From a virus (lineage: Duplodnaviria; Caudoviricetes), in IMG/VR virus record IMGVR_UViG_3300037808_002146: a stretch of DNA of 64,000 nucleotides; one strand, 5' to 3'. Made by a program: the position numbers and the translations under genes. This document shows, piece after piece, positions 20,142 to 30,423 of this stretch. The notes beneath the pieces are model-generated. The model did no database searches. It saw only the letters and a list, made by a program, of their open reading frames with translations, and was not told the origin of the DNA. Position 1 is the stretch's first letter; every line of letters starts with the position of its first letter.

Positions 20142-22853
20142 TTAATTAACCTCCTGGATATTTTTTTTGATATCTTTAATAACAACAGTAGTTGCTCCTA
20201 ACATACTATCTACTTTATAATCGGAATATACTGTATATACTTTGAACTTAACTTTTGAAGTTACCCCTAGAAAAGAAAAAGTTCTAATTTTATATTCATG
20301 GGAAAAATTAACGAAAGGATGACTAGTTACCGGGATTTCTAATCCATTTACCTCAGCGGTCACCACAAAAAAGTCAACATGCTTATTATCGCGCATGGGA
20401 TGTACGACTTCTGGATTACATTTCCAAGAAACAATACACTCACCATCGTCTGGATAATATAGACTTTCTAAATTTGTTATCTTTGTTTTGTTGAGAAGGG
20501 TATCTCCAGGATTTTTGCCTACCTCAAATATGCCGCCATTACATGTGACATTATTGAAGGCATCATTCGAATTAAACTTGGAATTCTTTTTGTATTCAGT
20601 TCGTCCCGTTTTTGGATTTAAAACGGCAACTGGTAAAGTCCCGGTAGAAATAGTAAAACTATTAAAATATGCTGCAGTTCTTCTAAGAAATATTTCTCTA
20701 GTTTTTTTGTTTTGAATTTTTTCAAGACCACTGTCTACGATATCTAGCGGATTAGATATCATTAAGTTGTAGCTTACAATTTGGCCGGTATGCGAGAAAT
20801 TTTCTATAGGTACTTTGAATTCTAATTTTTCTCGATTTTCTTCTAAGTTTAGAAATACTCTTTTGCCAAAATTGCCAGTAGATTTATAATAGTACTCTAC
20901 TTGGAGTTGTAATATATCACCTATGTTTTTTAAATTTTCGCCTATCTTCTCTGCAAACAATTCTTCATAAAATTTAGCAGCCTCAGCATTAGTCCCTTGT
21001 TTAGAGGAAAATGCTCGCTTTAAACCATCCTGTATTTTTGCTGCAATGTTTTCTAATGATGTTTCAAGCGATACAGAGGCGTAAGCTCTATCTAATACAC
21101 CATTATACCTTAGTTTGTAACCTTTCTTACACCTTGGCAAGGTTCTGTGAATTATAGATAATGGTTCTTCTATAGGCGTACCATCTATGTGGGCTAGATA
21201 TATTTTATACTTGTATTTAGAATCGGCGACAGGATCTGTATGCTCTATTTCTGGAACTTCAGAATTAAATACTGGAATCCTAAAGTTGGATCCAGTGCCT
21301 ATTGGTTCACATACTACTTTATGAATTTTAACCTCTGGTGTCAATCCGATTATTTTTATAATATTCGTTGGGAAATTTTCTAAACCATTTCTAGAAATAG
21401 TAGTAACGTAAGTCTTTATATTACTCAGTTGTTGTTTAAAAACCGTTCTATTATAATGCCCCAAGATCTTGCATGGCTTTACAGTCGAATTTACCTTAAT
21501 CTCGCCTGTCCTTTTATTAGTTATGATATCCCTTTTGAGTATATTATCGCCAATAGCTGGCAAATCTATTGTTGTCATAAGATTTATTGCATTGGCTGCT
21601 TTTAAATCGTAAAACTTAAAGCCTGAATTGATATTTTTATCATAGCTTACTACCCTGGTACTCGAGTAAACTCCAATATCCGAATTGTCGAATTGATTTT
21701 TTTCTATTGCGATATCATTGACTAAACAATCATCATCATTTCTATATTGCTGTGGCATGGAAATTGGATAGTTTCCTAAATCGTCGACTCGAGAAACTTT
21801 AGAGATATTTTTTTGATTTCTAAACGTATTGTTTGCTTTAACTGTTTCAATAACTTCGCCAATAGAGTCTTTTCGGGTTAAGGCAATTGTAATATTCTCG
21901 ATGACGTTTATATCAAAACCAAAGTAAACAAAACTAGCAGTAATTTTTTTCAAATTACTAAAACTGTTGACCAGGGAAACATCGCTTTCGTATGGCTTCA
22001 GATGTCCATTGTCATCTATCAAGCTCATCGCTTCTATCTCAGCGTCTCTTATAAATTCGGCAAACATCTCAATCTCTTCTTGAGATAATTTTGATATTTC
22101 ACTTCGGCCGTCATTAGATTTTATAAAATTTGCTTTTAAAAAAGATTGCATTGGGTCTTTTTTTTGAGCGATTAAATGATGACAAGCTTTTTGAAAATTA
22201 GAGTAATTTGAATCATTTTCATGCCTATTTTTTGAAACTATACTTGTTATTTTCTTGTAGTCACTAGAGAGTGGTACGTTTTGGACAACTTTATTTCCGT
22301 TCGCTTTTTCTATATCTTCGTAATAAGAATTGCTATATAAGTATGCAACATCATCGACTATATTGATTTCCGGAAATTTAGAAGATATTTTGGGAATTCT
22401 TACTTTAGATTTCGGATTTATACTATCTTTAGTGCTGAAGGCTGCTTTGAAAAAAGCATCTCTATTTTTACCTCCGTCTAAGTTTCCGCTTAATACATCA
22501 GTGTCTTCGGCATGTTTAATTACGCCAGAAATGTAACTCACTACTTCCTGTTCTCTGGAATTTAGTCTTTCGTATAAATTTATTGATTTTATGCTTTTTT
22601 TGTTATCGCCACCTCCAGCGAAAATCTCTAAAGTATCATATCCAAATGGCAAAGCAAAAACATTGTAGTATATAGTAAACTTTACTTCGACATCCTTTTG
22701 ATTTGTTTTGCGATTTTCTTTTTCGCTGAGTATTCTAAAAAAATCGTCTTTTAAAACAATCATAGGACTATTAAAGATGCTCGGGAAGTTTGGAAGATCT
22801 CTAGGGCGACGAGGTTTAAGCCGAAACTTTTTTCTCATATATGGCAAAATCAT
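20142..22853 (-). CDS. Hypothetical virion protein, 903 aa, with probable Ig/FN3-like segments
   Basis: GGGAGA SD. Beta-rich patterns HTDPVADSKYKYKIY and the C-terminal CIVSWK...VDFFVV...VKFKVYTVYSD. Confidence 0.55.
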   Translation of the reverse strand: MILPYMRKKFRLKPRRPRDLPNFPSIFNSPMIVLKDDFFRILSEKENRKTNQKDVEVKFTIYYNVFALPFGYDTLEIFAGGGDNKKSIKSINLYERLNSREQEVVSYISGVIKHAEDTDVLSGNLDGGKNRDAFFKAAFSTKDSINPKSKVRIPKISSKFPEINIVDDVAYLYSNSYYEDIEKANGNKVVQNVPLSSDYKKITSIVSKNRHENDSNYSNFQKACHHLIAQKKDPMQSFLKANFIKSNDGRSEISKLSQEEIEMFAEFIRDAEIEAMSLIDDNGHLKPYESDVSLVNSFSNLKKITASFVYFGFDINVIENITIALTRKDSIGEVIETVKANNTFRNQKNISKVSRVDDLGNYPISMPQQYRNDDDCLVNDIAIEKNQFDNSDIGVYSSTRVVSYDKNINSGFKFYDLKAANAINLMTTIDLPAIGDNILKRDIITNKRTGEIKVNSTVKPCKILGHYNRTVFKQQLSNIKTYVTTISRNGLENFPTNIIKIIGLTPEVKIHKVVCEPIGTGSNFRIPVFNSEVPEIEHTDPVADSKYKYKIYLAHIDGTPIEEPLSIIHRTLPRCKKGYKLRYNGVLDRAYASVSLETSLENIAAKIQDGLKRAFSSKQGTNAEAAKFYEELFAEKIGENLKNIGDILQLQVEYYYKSTGNFGKRVFLNLEENREKLEFKVPIENFSHTGQIVSYNLMISNPLDIVDSGLEKIQNKKTREIFLRRTAAYFNSFTISTGTLPVAVLNPKTGRTEYKKNSKFNSNDAFNNVTCNGGIFEVGKNPGDTLLNKTKITNLESLYYPDDGECIVSWKCNPEVVHPMRDNKHVDFFVVTAEVNGLEIPVTSHPFVNFSHEYKIRTFSFLGVTSKVKFKVYTVYSDYKVDSMLGATTVVIKDIKKNIQEVN

Positions 22854-22854
22854 T

Positions 22855-25800
22855 TTAATCTCCCTCTATCAAACATTCTAGAGTAAATATAGGGAAAAAG
22901 TAAATTTTTGCCCCAGGAGTAGCGTCGCTAGCGTCATCGATGATTTTGCCAAAAGCGAAGACATGACTTAGATTATTCTCTTTTTCACCAAAATTAGAGT
23001 TTAGCGGATCGTGCCTTATTTTACCACCAAATATTTGCTCTCTACTCGAGTTTCCGGTGATCTCCACGGAAGTTTCGTATGCGTAATTTAAGTTTATGCT
23101 AGTATTAATGACGCCCAAATCCAATATTGCCAACTTTTCAAAAGTTACTTTTCCGTCTTCTTTAGCAACCTCAAACATTTGAATAAAAGAAGCGTTAGAT
23201 TCGCTGGTTGCTGTAAATTCAATTATTTCGCTAAAGCCATCTAATTGCCATTCTATATCGTTGGTCAATACGGAATTCGTGTCTCTAGTCAAATAATTAA
23301 TTAAACCAGCGTTGGAGTCATGCAAAGTTTCATCGGAACCTCCGATTCCTAGATTCCCCACCATACTTTCGATAGTTCTTTTGGGAATCAAAGATTTATA
23401 CCAACTCTCCATTAAAGACGTATACCTTTCTAACGACGCAGCTGCATTGATTCGTGTTTCTTGAAGGAGCCCTTCGTTTATTTTCTCTACGTTTTGTTCA
23501 GTATTACGTGATCTTCTTCGAAGGAAGTCTGTCCAAGCCATTACATCTTCAAGAGTATCTGGTTCCCCATCATGATTAAACGAAAAATAATCAGCAGCTA
23601 TCGGGGGTAAGAAAAAATAGTTTGGTAATCGAGAACTCGAGTGAGTAAGCTCGTCACCGTCTAATTCATTGTCCATGATCTCATTGAGATGATAAACAGT
23701 AGCTGCTTTTTTCAAAAAATCGCCAGATGCAGGGCCTCTAGTTGAGCTAATTTGCACTGCCTCAGCAGATATATAATTATGAGGGCTTTGGCCATAAACA
23801 GCCTCTACTAAGGGAAAACCTTCAACTCGAGTTTTAAAAAACCCAGTTTGTCCTAAAGGAATTTGGCTTTTTTCAGCATTATCTATGTTGTCTACCTTAT
23901 ACCTGCTAGCTTCCAAGAGGGAGCTAGGATCACCAGAATTCGTTTCTAAATCTAGATGCTGAAGTAGATTTAATTGTCTATAAGCTCTTAAGCTACCTGA
24001 CATTGCTGACTTAGCCCTGTTGGCCGCAGTAGATACTGTCGATCTGCTTACACCTCTTTCGAGTTGCTGTTCTTTTACATAGGAATCGGAGAGAGCCGCG
24101 AAATATAAACACGCTTCGTCTCTGATTGGGTTATAATTTATCCATTCACGGAGAGATTCTCTAGAATCAATTCTAGAACCACTTAACACTACAAACTCAT
24201 TTTTACCCTCCGGGGGGCTATTATACCTAACATAATGGTCTATAATTAAGTTTACTTCATCGCTCCCATTGTCTGTAGTATTTCTCCCTGTCACATTGAA
24301 TATATCGTTATCAGCAAAATTTGAAAACGTGTCATATTCTGTATTGAGAAGTTCGTTACCAAAAGCCGGAACAAGAAACCTAGGACGAGCGTAATTGCTT
24401 AATGGACTTGATGGAGATGGGAGTATAAAGTATTGGCACTCTTGAATATAACCTAACATTCTCCTAGATTCATTGGGTTGGGAATTAAGGGACGATAAAC
24501 TAACTCCTAAAACTAAATCAGTCATATTGTTAATTCTATTGTTTCCAGTTATATTTAACCTGACTGATTTTCTCTTATCACCATCAACGACAGCATGCAA
24601 AAATGAAGTAGTGTCAACTGCTCCGAGTTTACTCCCATAAACAACAGATATTCTATGCCATTTTTCCGGATCGATCTCGTTTGTTACTTCATGAGTAGTT
24701 ATTCCATCGTCTATAGAGTTATACACTAAAACCCTCAAGACTGGGCCGACTGTTATAACTTCTAACCTCTTTTTTCCACCTTGGAAAAACTGCATAATTG
24801 TTTGAGTTGGTACAGAGCCAGAAAAAGCTTCTTCTTTTAAGTTAAACCAAACTGAAACTTGATTTATGTACTTATCTAATATATCAATTACATTGCTATT
24901 TCCCCAATCAGTATCCCACCTCTCAGAGTTATAATGCTTCTCTTTTAAGTTGACTCTTATAAAGCTATTAGCTTTTGTTTTGTAAGATTTGTTTAAATCA
25001 GAAATTCTAGGCAGCGCAAATTCTTCAAAAATAGGAGTTGGGTCTATTACATTCTTGCTTGAAGCAGAGTCGTACGTCATATAGGCGGCGTTTGTTGCTA
25101 AAGGGCTGCTTGAAGATAAATTTTGCGCTATATTAGCACTTAAAAAATGTATACTATCAATATCAGCAATTTGCAAAGCTAAATCAGAATTATTTTCATT
25201 CTCAGCATCAGAATCATCCGCCGCAGCCTGATCTGCTCTTAGAGAAAAAGACGGAGAATAGATAACGCTTAAGTTAGGAGTATTACCAGTCGCAACTGCA
25301 GTTTGAACCGTGAATGCAATTCTTTTACCATTAGCTGCCTTAAAACCAACTGTATCTCCCACGCTAGCGTTAAAGTCTATATTACTATTAAAAGTTATAG
25401 TAGTTGTACTAGAAGTAAGAGCTCCACCTGTTAGCCCATTTGTAGAAACAACTGTTCTGCTGGTTCCTGTAGTTCTTTCAAAATTTAAAAAAGATGGATT
25501 ATTGAATTCGCTTAATTGATTTGCTGATTCATCAAATATCCACCAGCCCCTAAACCCGTTCGTTTTGTTATTATAAAAAAGTTCTTGTGATTTGCTCCCG
25601 CTTATGTGAAAAGAGCTTCTTAAATCATAATCGATTATTTTTTTATCAATGCCACTTCCGGTAACTACTTGAATTTGCCGGCCGTCGGGCGGTACTAGTA
25701 ACTCTCTGCCAAACATAGCAGATTCTGTCATAGGGCCATCATCGTCATCACCTTCGGCGAGAAAAGACGGTTGGGCTTCTGGATTTCTTAGTTCCATCAT

Positions 25801-26037
25801 ATTGATGATACTTGGGTTTTCTGTAACTATTTTATCTTGCGGACGAGACATAGCTTCAAAAAACAAAGCTCCATCTTTCGAGTCAATAACACCAAGTTCT
25901 TTTTGGTCGTAACCAGTTAAACTGTCTGAAAATGATATGAAACGAGTGCGGATCTCTCCGCTAGCGAGTTGGCGACGCCCTTCTTTAGTCAGAAAAGTAT
26001 CGAAGAATCGTGTTTTTGGATCTAAAATTGCAGCCAT
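22855..26037 (-). CDS. Virion protein, 1060 aa, with DTFLTKEGRRQL N-terminal motif, a plug-in module and a LamG-like domain
   Basis: N-terminus resembles the 252-aa protein. LamG-like VSVWFNL...WHRISVVYG...VVDGD...LVLG...LGYIQECQYF. Module TTTITFN...VGDTVGFKAANG at ~25100-25415. Confidence 0.65.
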   Translation of the reverse strand: MAAILDPKTRFFDTFLTKEGRRQLASGEIRTRFISFSDSLTGYDQKELGVIDSKDGALFFEAMSRPQDKIVTENPSIINMMELRNPEAQPSFLAEGDDDDGPMTESAMFGRELLVPPDGRQIQVVTGSGIDKKIIDYDLRSSFHISGSKSQELFYNNKTNGFRGWWIFDESANQLSEFNNPSFLNFERTTGTSRTVVSTNGLTGGALTSSTTTITFNSNIDFNASVGDTVGFKAANGKRIAFTVQTAVATGNTPNLSVIYSPSFSLRADQAAADDSDAENENNSDLALQIADIDSIHFLSANIAQNLSSSSPLATNAAYMTYDSASSKNVIDPTPIFEEFALPRISDLNKSYKTKANSFIRVNLKEKHYNSERWDTDWGNSNVIDILDKYINQVSVWFNLKEEAFSGSVPTQTIMQFFQGGKKRLEVITVGPVLRVLVYNSIDDGITTHEVTNEIDPEKWHRISVVYGSKLGAVDTTSFLHAVVDGDKRKSVRLNITGNNRINNMTDLVLGVSLSSLNSQPNESRRMLGYIQECQYFILPSPSSPLSNYARPRFLVPAFGNELLNTEYDTFSNFADNDIFNVTGRNTTDNGSDEVNLIIDHYVRYNSPPEGKNEFVVLSGSRIDSRESLREWINYNPIRDEACLYFAALSDSYVKEQQLERGVSRSTVSTAANRAKSAMSGSLRAYRQLNLLQHLDLETNSGDPSSLLEASRYKVDNIDNAEKSQIPLGQTGFFKTRVEGFPLVEAVYGQSPHNYISAEAVQISSTRGPASGDFLKKAATVYHLNEIMDNELDGDELTHSSSRLPNYFFLPPIAADYFSFNHDGEPDTLEDVMAWTDFLRRRSRNTEQNVEKINEGLLQETRINAAASLERYTSLMESWYKSLIPKRTIESMVGNLGIGGSDETLHDSNAGLINYLTRDTNSVLTNDIEWQLDGFSEIIEFTATSESNASFIQMFEVAKEDGKVTFEKLAILDLGVINTSINLNYAYETSVEITGNSSREQIFGGKIRHDPLNSNFGEKENNLSHVFAFGKIIDDASDATPGAKIYFFPIFTLECLIEGD

Positions 26038-26041
26038 ACAC

Positions 26042-26049
26042 TTAATTAT
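26042..26049 (-). promoter_or_regulatory. Candidate late-promoter motif ATAATTAA
   Basis: Instance of ATANTTA(T/A), 4 nt upstream of the ATG at 26037. Confidence 0.4.
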
Positions 26050-26102
26050 ACCCCTTCAGAATTCTATAAGCATAATTGATGATAGTATATTTTAAAATTT
26101 TA

Positions 26103-26558
26103 TCAATTTTCTTCATTTCTAATTGATTTTAACTTTTCGGGTCGTTCACCAATTCTTCTAACTTGCTGCGATTTATTATTTTCGTTGTCAAAATTAAAAT
26201 CGTTTTCGTTGTGTTGGGATACTTCGTTTTCAGTCTTGATAATTTCTTCTATTTCGATAAATTTGGTATAGTAATCCTTCAAGGAATTTACCCTACTTTT
26301 TTGTTCTCGTCGAGAAATATTTACTTCGTTAATAGCAGCATCGAGTATGCTTGCTGAACTTCTGAGGAGAGAAATAGTATTAGTTAGAAGAACCTGAGTA
26401 TCTGTTATTTGAGCTATTTCATTCATTTTTTCCTGCATCTTAGAAGTATATATAAGCGAAACTCTCTTTCCATTGATGTCAGATGCTAGCATTTCATCAT
26501 TTTTTTTCATTTCTTCTTTAAGCTGATTTTCTAGTGTTACCTTAAATCTTGAATCCAT
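26103..26558 (-). CDS. Hypothetical coiled-coil protein, 151 aa
   Basis: GGGGGA SD. Charged, helical heptad-like sequence. Confidence 0.6.
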   Translation of the reverse strand: MDSRFKVTLENQLKEEMKKNDEMLASDINGKRVSLIYTSKMQEKMNEIAQITDTQVLLTNTISLLRSSASILDAAINEVNISRREQKSRVNSLKDYYTKFIEIEEIIKTENEVSQHNENDFNFDNENNKSQQVRRIGERPEKLKSIRNEEN

Positions 26559-26614
26559 ATCTCAATCCCCCAAACATGCTTGATCATTTTAAAGCTTTTT
26601 TTCTTCCAGTTAAT

Positions 26615-26641
26615 AAAAAAAAAGGGAGGCCGAAGCCTCCC
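26615..26641 (-). terminator. Rho-independent terminator with cUUCGg tetraloop
   Basis: Minus strand reads GGGAGGC-TTCG-GCCTCCC followed by 9 T, about 40 nt after the stop of 26680..30243. Confidence 0.93.
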
Positions 26642-26679
26642 CTTAAAATTATGACTCATCCTAAGTCAAAGATTTTTAA

Positions 26680-29600
26680 TTATGCGTAAACAATTACCTG
26701 GATTACATCGTCTGCAACAAGATCACCCGAAGATGTCCATGTTAGCTGACGGTCGGTGCTTGTTAAGTTAACGTCTGTATTTGATGCGCCAGAAGCACCA
26801 AGAAGTTGAAGTTGACCATTTAAGTAAACAAGCGTTTTTGCAATTGTGCCGCTACTACCACCAAAGTCTGTAGCTGATGATCCCGAAGGACTATGATCAC
26901 CACCAACCATAGTAAAACTCTGGCTGGAGTTCGAAATATCGCTCGAAGTCAACGTATGACGATAAATAGTCGGAGCAAGCGTTGCCCAAGTAGCTTTTGA
27001 ACCGTTCCACTGAAGGAAAAATCCGGAAGTAGCTGTTGAATCGCCAATTTGCGTAACGTGACCAGAACTATTACCCTTTAGAAGAGTAGTCGTTCCAAAC
27101 GTGGTACCGATACCGAGTTCAAAGTCGTCTTCAGAATCATCAAGACCCAATCGGACATCCATTGCATTACCATCAAACACGAGCATTGTATCTTCAGCAC
27201 CAGCATCACCAATGACGAGTTTTGGATTAGTACCAGCGATAACAACACCAGCGGCTGGCTGATGAATTCTCAACTGATCAGTTCCATCTTCATCATATTC
27301 AATCTTGGCATCATCACCTGAACCGAAGAATAGCGCCAAATCGTCAACGATATGAAGACCCGTTGCCTTTACAGCAACCGAATCAACACCACCAGCTTCA
27401 AACGTAATTACGTCATCAGCGGAAGCGCGGATTGAAGTATCATCATCGGCATCTAGGTCAATGCGGCCAGTTCCACCCATACTGATGCTACCCTGACCGT
27501 TAAGGTCAATAGCATCAACATATAGGTTTGCCCAAGCGACAGCTGATGCTGCTGCTGTTATTGAACCACCAGCTTTAGCATCGGAAGGTGTTCCAGAGAA
27601 CGTGCTTGCAGTACTTACATCATTTCTTGGATCACCAACAAAGCCCCAAGGGGTGCTTGAGGAAGGTCCCACTACAGATACGAATACTGCAGATCCACCG
27701 CTTAAGGTAAATGATACGGTTTGACCGGCAGATACTGAAACTCCTGATAGTGCACCAGACCCAGAAAACCCAGAGCTAGTATAAGAACTTATACTTGATA
27801 CTGAGCCTATAGACGTAGAGTGACCACTAACATTAGGCATTGCGCAAATCGACATTGACGACCCAATGGAATAGTCAGACGTGACGACAAAGTAGAACGA
27901 ACTGCTGCTGCCGTTAAGCGATAAGATAGTTCCTGCGGATATAGTACTACCACTGTACGAATTTGAAATAGTCAGTGTACCATTATAGGTACTAGAAAAA
28001 GAACTAAGACTGACCGATGAACCTATAGCTGTAGCTAAGCCAGAAGGAGCTGAGCCGGCTGAAGGAGCTGACAAACTCGATCCGAAAAGAACTGCATGAT
28101 TGCCGGAAGCACTCATGGTAATCGACTGTGATGAAGTAAGGCCACTCGTAGATAAGGTCTGAGACCCGGCGCTATGCGAAGCATCAGATGCTGGAGATCC
28201 TAAGGAATCGTCGCTATCTGAACCTGGTAAAACATTGTTGCCAGCTGGATCAAGGATGATATCTCCTAGAGCTGCCAACTCAACGCTTGTAGTACCTGCC
28301 ATGGTAAATCTAGCAGATTCTGTGCCACCATCACTTAAGATAATGTCAGCGCCATCAGCATCAAGCGTAATGTCACCTTCGGAATCTAATGAAAGCGCAC
28401 CTGCAGCAATAGTTATTGTACCACCGTTGTTTGCACTAATGCCGTCAGCGTCATCACCAAATTTCAAGCCAACGTTCACTGGAATGTTGATGTTGGTTGT
28501 AGCTGTCAAGTCAATATCAGCGCCAGAAGCTAACGTTAAGTCAGTCCCGTTGCTAGTAATGTGCTCGCCTGAGCCAGCTGAACCAAATTCAAGCTTTTGA
28601 GAAGTGCCGTCGATAACAACATCTCCGCCTGCATCAAGAATGATATCCGAAGAGCCGCCAGCAACAACTTCAACAGCTGCATTACCAGTTACAGTAAAGA
28701 CAGACCCATTCATTGCGACATGGTTGTTAGCACTATCAAATTCAACTTTGCTTAATAGCAAGTCATCATAAGAAGATACTGAACCAAACGAAGATGAAGT
28801 TGGGCCGGTTACTGAAACTCCTAATTGATAACGGGTACCGTTATAAAACAAGCCAGACTGTGCTGCAGTGTCTGCGCCACGAGTAAAGAGGATACCTCTA
28901 TCACCGGTTAAGCTATAGCCACCGTCAGAACCAGAAACGCCAAGAGCGATAATTGAATCTTGGATCGACATATTTGCAGTATCAATTGTTGTAGTCGTGC
29001 CGTTTACATCTAAATTACCAGCGATAGTAACGTTAGAATCAAATGTAGCAGCTTCATCAACATTAAGTGTACCCTGAACGGTAGTCATTACACCTGACTT
29101 CGAAAGAGCGAGTGAAGTCCCAGCGGATGAACCAATAGAGATAGCGGCAGAAGCATCAATAGCAACAGCACCACCGTCGGCGTCGATGTCGAATGAGGCT
29201 GCTCCCATCGTTGCAGCTCCAACAGCATCCAGAACCAATGTTCCAGCAGAGTCTAACTCGATTGCTAACGCGTTGACGTCAACTTTCGTTGATTCATCAG
29301 CGCCTATAGTAATGGTCTTTGCTACAGCCTCAGTACCAAGATTAACCGCATCAGTACCGTCAGAGTCCAAGGTCAGACCACCAGCACCATCTATCACTAG
29401 TGCACCTGCAGATGTCGACCAAGTGGCCGCGGCCGCAGATGTTAATGTAAGAGCACCAGCAGAAGTACTGAAGTTTGAAGCAGCATCTGAATCAATTGAA
29501 ACGCCAGTTGCATCTAAAGTATATGCACCCTGAACATCAACGTCCATAATACCAGCGTCAACATTCAGAATAGAACCAGCATCTTGGTTTGCGCTAATCA

Positions 29601-30243
29601 CAATTGCATCACCCGCTACGTGAGCAGAAGTTAATGAAATGTGCGAAGCTGCACCACTAGTGTCAACAGTAACAGCACCAGAAGCATCTAGGTCGAAAGC
29701 AGCTGAATCAACATCGAAAGCGACGTCAGCAGCAGTACCGATACTGATGCTAGTAGCTGAATCAAGAGTTAATGCGCCCGATGCGTCAAGATCGAAAGTG
29801 GAAGAGTTAAAATCAACAGCAACATTAGCTGCTGTACCAATGTTGATACCACCAGCACCGTCAAGTGATAGTGTACTATCTGCGTCAACATCTAGGGCTA
29901 AGCCCTTTACGGTGATGTTTGCGTTAGAAGCAGAAACTGTCAGGGCTGCCTGCGAAATTAAGTTATTAGCGTGGACTTGTCCCCACTCTTTTGTGGTAGA
30001 TCCAAGGTTTGCTCCAGCATCAGAAACAGGCGTAATCGTTTGGCTAAATTCGCCCGCTGGGTTTTCGGAAAATGTAGCATCGCCGTGGATTCTTTTGATA
30101 GCGGATGCCATGTGACTCAAAACCGTGCTTAAATCACCAGCGCCAATATCAGCGCCAGCAGCTAGAGTGGTAGCATCATTGATCTGGCCAGATGAAGTAC
30201 CGAGAGATCCGGTTAATTGAGATAGTCTTATTTGTGTAGCCAT
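26680..30243 (-). CDS. Fibre/decoration-like virion protein, 1187 aa, with Asp-rich beta repeats and a Ser-rich insert
   Basis: Repeats of the type DVDSAAFDLDASGAVTVD. Fibre motif ITPVSDAGANLGSTTKEWGQVH. C-terminal VYLNGQLQ...GDLVADDVIQV domain. AAGGAGA SD and its own terminator. Confidence 0.75.
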   Translation of the reverse strand: MATQIRLSQLTGSLGTSSGQINDATTLAAGADIGAGDLSTVLSHMASAIKRIHGDATFSENPAGEFSQTITPVSDAGANLGSTTKEWGQVHANNLISQAALTVSASNANITVKGLALDVDADSTLSLDGAGGINIGTAANVAVDFNSSTFDLDASGALTLDSATSISIGTAADVAFDVDSAAFDLDASGAVTVDTSGAASHISLTSAHVAGDAIVISANQDAGSILNVDAGIMDVDVQGAYTLDATGVSIDSDAASNFSTSAGALTLTSAAAATWSTSAGALVIDGAGGLTLDSDGTDAVNLGTEAVAKTITIGADESTKVDVNALAIELDSAGTLVLDAVGAATMGAASFDIDADGGAVAIDASAAISIGSSAGTSLALSKSGVMTTVQGTLNVDEAATFDSNVTIAGNLDVNGTTTTIDTANMSIQDSIIALGVSGSDGGYSLTGDRGILFTRGADTAAQSGLFYNGTRYQLGVSVTGPTSSSFGSVSSYDDLLLSKVEFDSANNHVAMNGSVFTVTGNAAVEVVAGGSSDIILDAGGDVVIDGTSQKLEFGSAGSGEHITSNGTDLTLASGADIDLTATTNINIPVNVGLKFGDDADGISANNGGTITIAAGALSLDSEGDITLDADGADIILSDGGTESARFTMAGTTSVELAALGDIILDPAGNNVLPGSDSDDSLGSPASDASHSAGSQTLSTSGLTSSQSITMSASGNHAVLFGSSLSAPSAGSAPSGLATAIGSSVSLSSFSSTYNGTLTISNSYSGSTISAGTILSLNGSSSSFYFVVTSDYSIGSSMSICAMPNVSGHSTSIGSVSSISSYTSSGFSGSGALSGVSVSAGQTVSFTLSGGSAVFVSVVGPSSSTPWGFVGDPRNDVSTASTFSGTPSDAKAGGSITAAASAVAWANLYVDAIDLNGQGSISMGGTGRIDLDADDDTSIRASADDVITFEAGGVDSVAVKATGLHIVDDLALFFGSGDDAKIEYDEDGTDQLRIHQPAAGVVIAGTNPKLVIGDAGAEDTMLVFDGNAMDVRLGLDDSEDDFELGIGTTFGTTTLLKGNSSGHVTQIGDSTATSGFFLQWNGSKATWATLAPTIYRHTLTSSDISNSSQSFTMVGGDHSPSGSSATDFGGSSGTIAKTLVYLNGQLQLLGASGASNTDVNLTSTDRQLTWTSSGDLVADDVIQVIVYA

Positions 30244-30271
30244 TATTTTCTCCTTTAGAATTTTTAAGGCC

Positions 30272-30302
30272 AGCTAGGAAATTCATACTATATTGCCTAG
30301 CT
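30272..30302 (-). promoter_or_regulatory. Hairpin in the presumed 5' UTR of the 1187-aa gene
   Basis: Inverted repeat AGCTAGG...CCTAGCT (7 bp, extendable past one mismatch), about 30 nt upstream of the start codon. Confidence 0.4.
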
Positions 30303-30373
30303 TTTGACTAAAGTAAAGTGACTCTAATGAAATGTAATGAAATTAAAAGAAAAACAGAAGGAAAGGAACTTTT

Positions 30374-30381
30374 ATAAATAT
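30374..30381 (-). promoter_or_regulatory. Candidate late-promoter motif ATATTTAT
   Basis: Instance of ATANTTA(T/A) in the 180-bp gap upstream of the 1187-aa gene. Confidence 0.45.
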
Positions 30382-30423
30382 AACGAAAAAAACTTTTTAA
30401 CCAACAAAAATAAACTAATTAAA

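Noticed and set aside
30373-30380. Perfect T4 late promoter TATAAATA
   Set aside because: It is on the plus strand, opposite to all genes. It is better explained as the reverse complement of the ATATTTAT motif.
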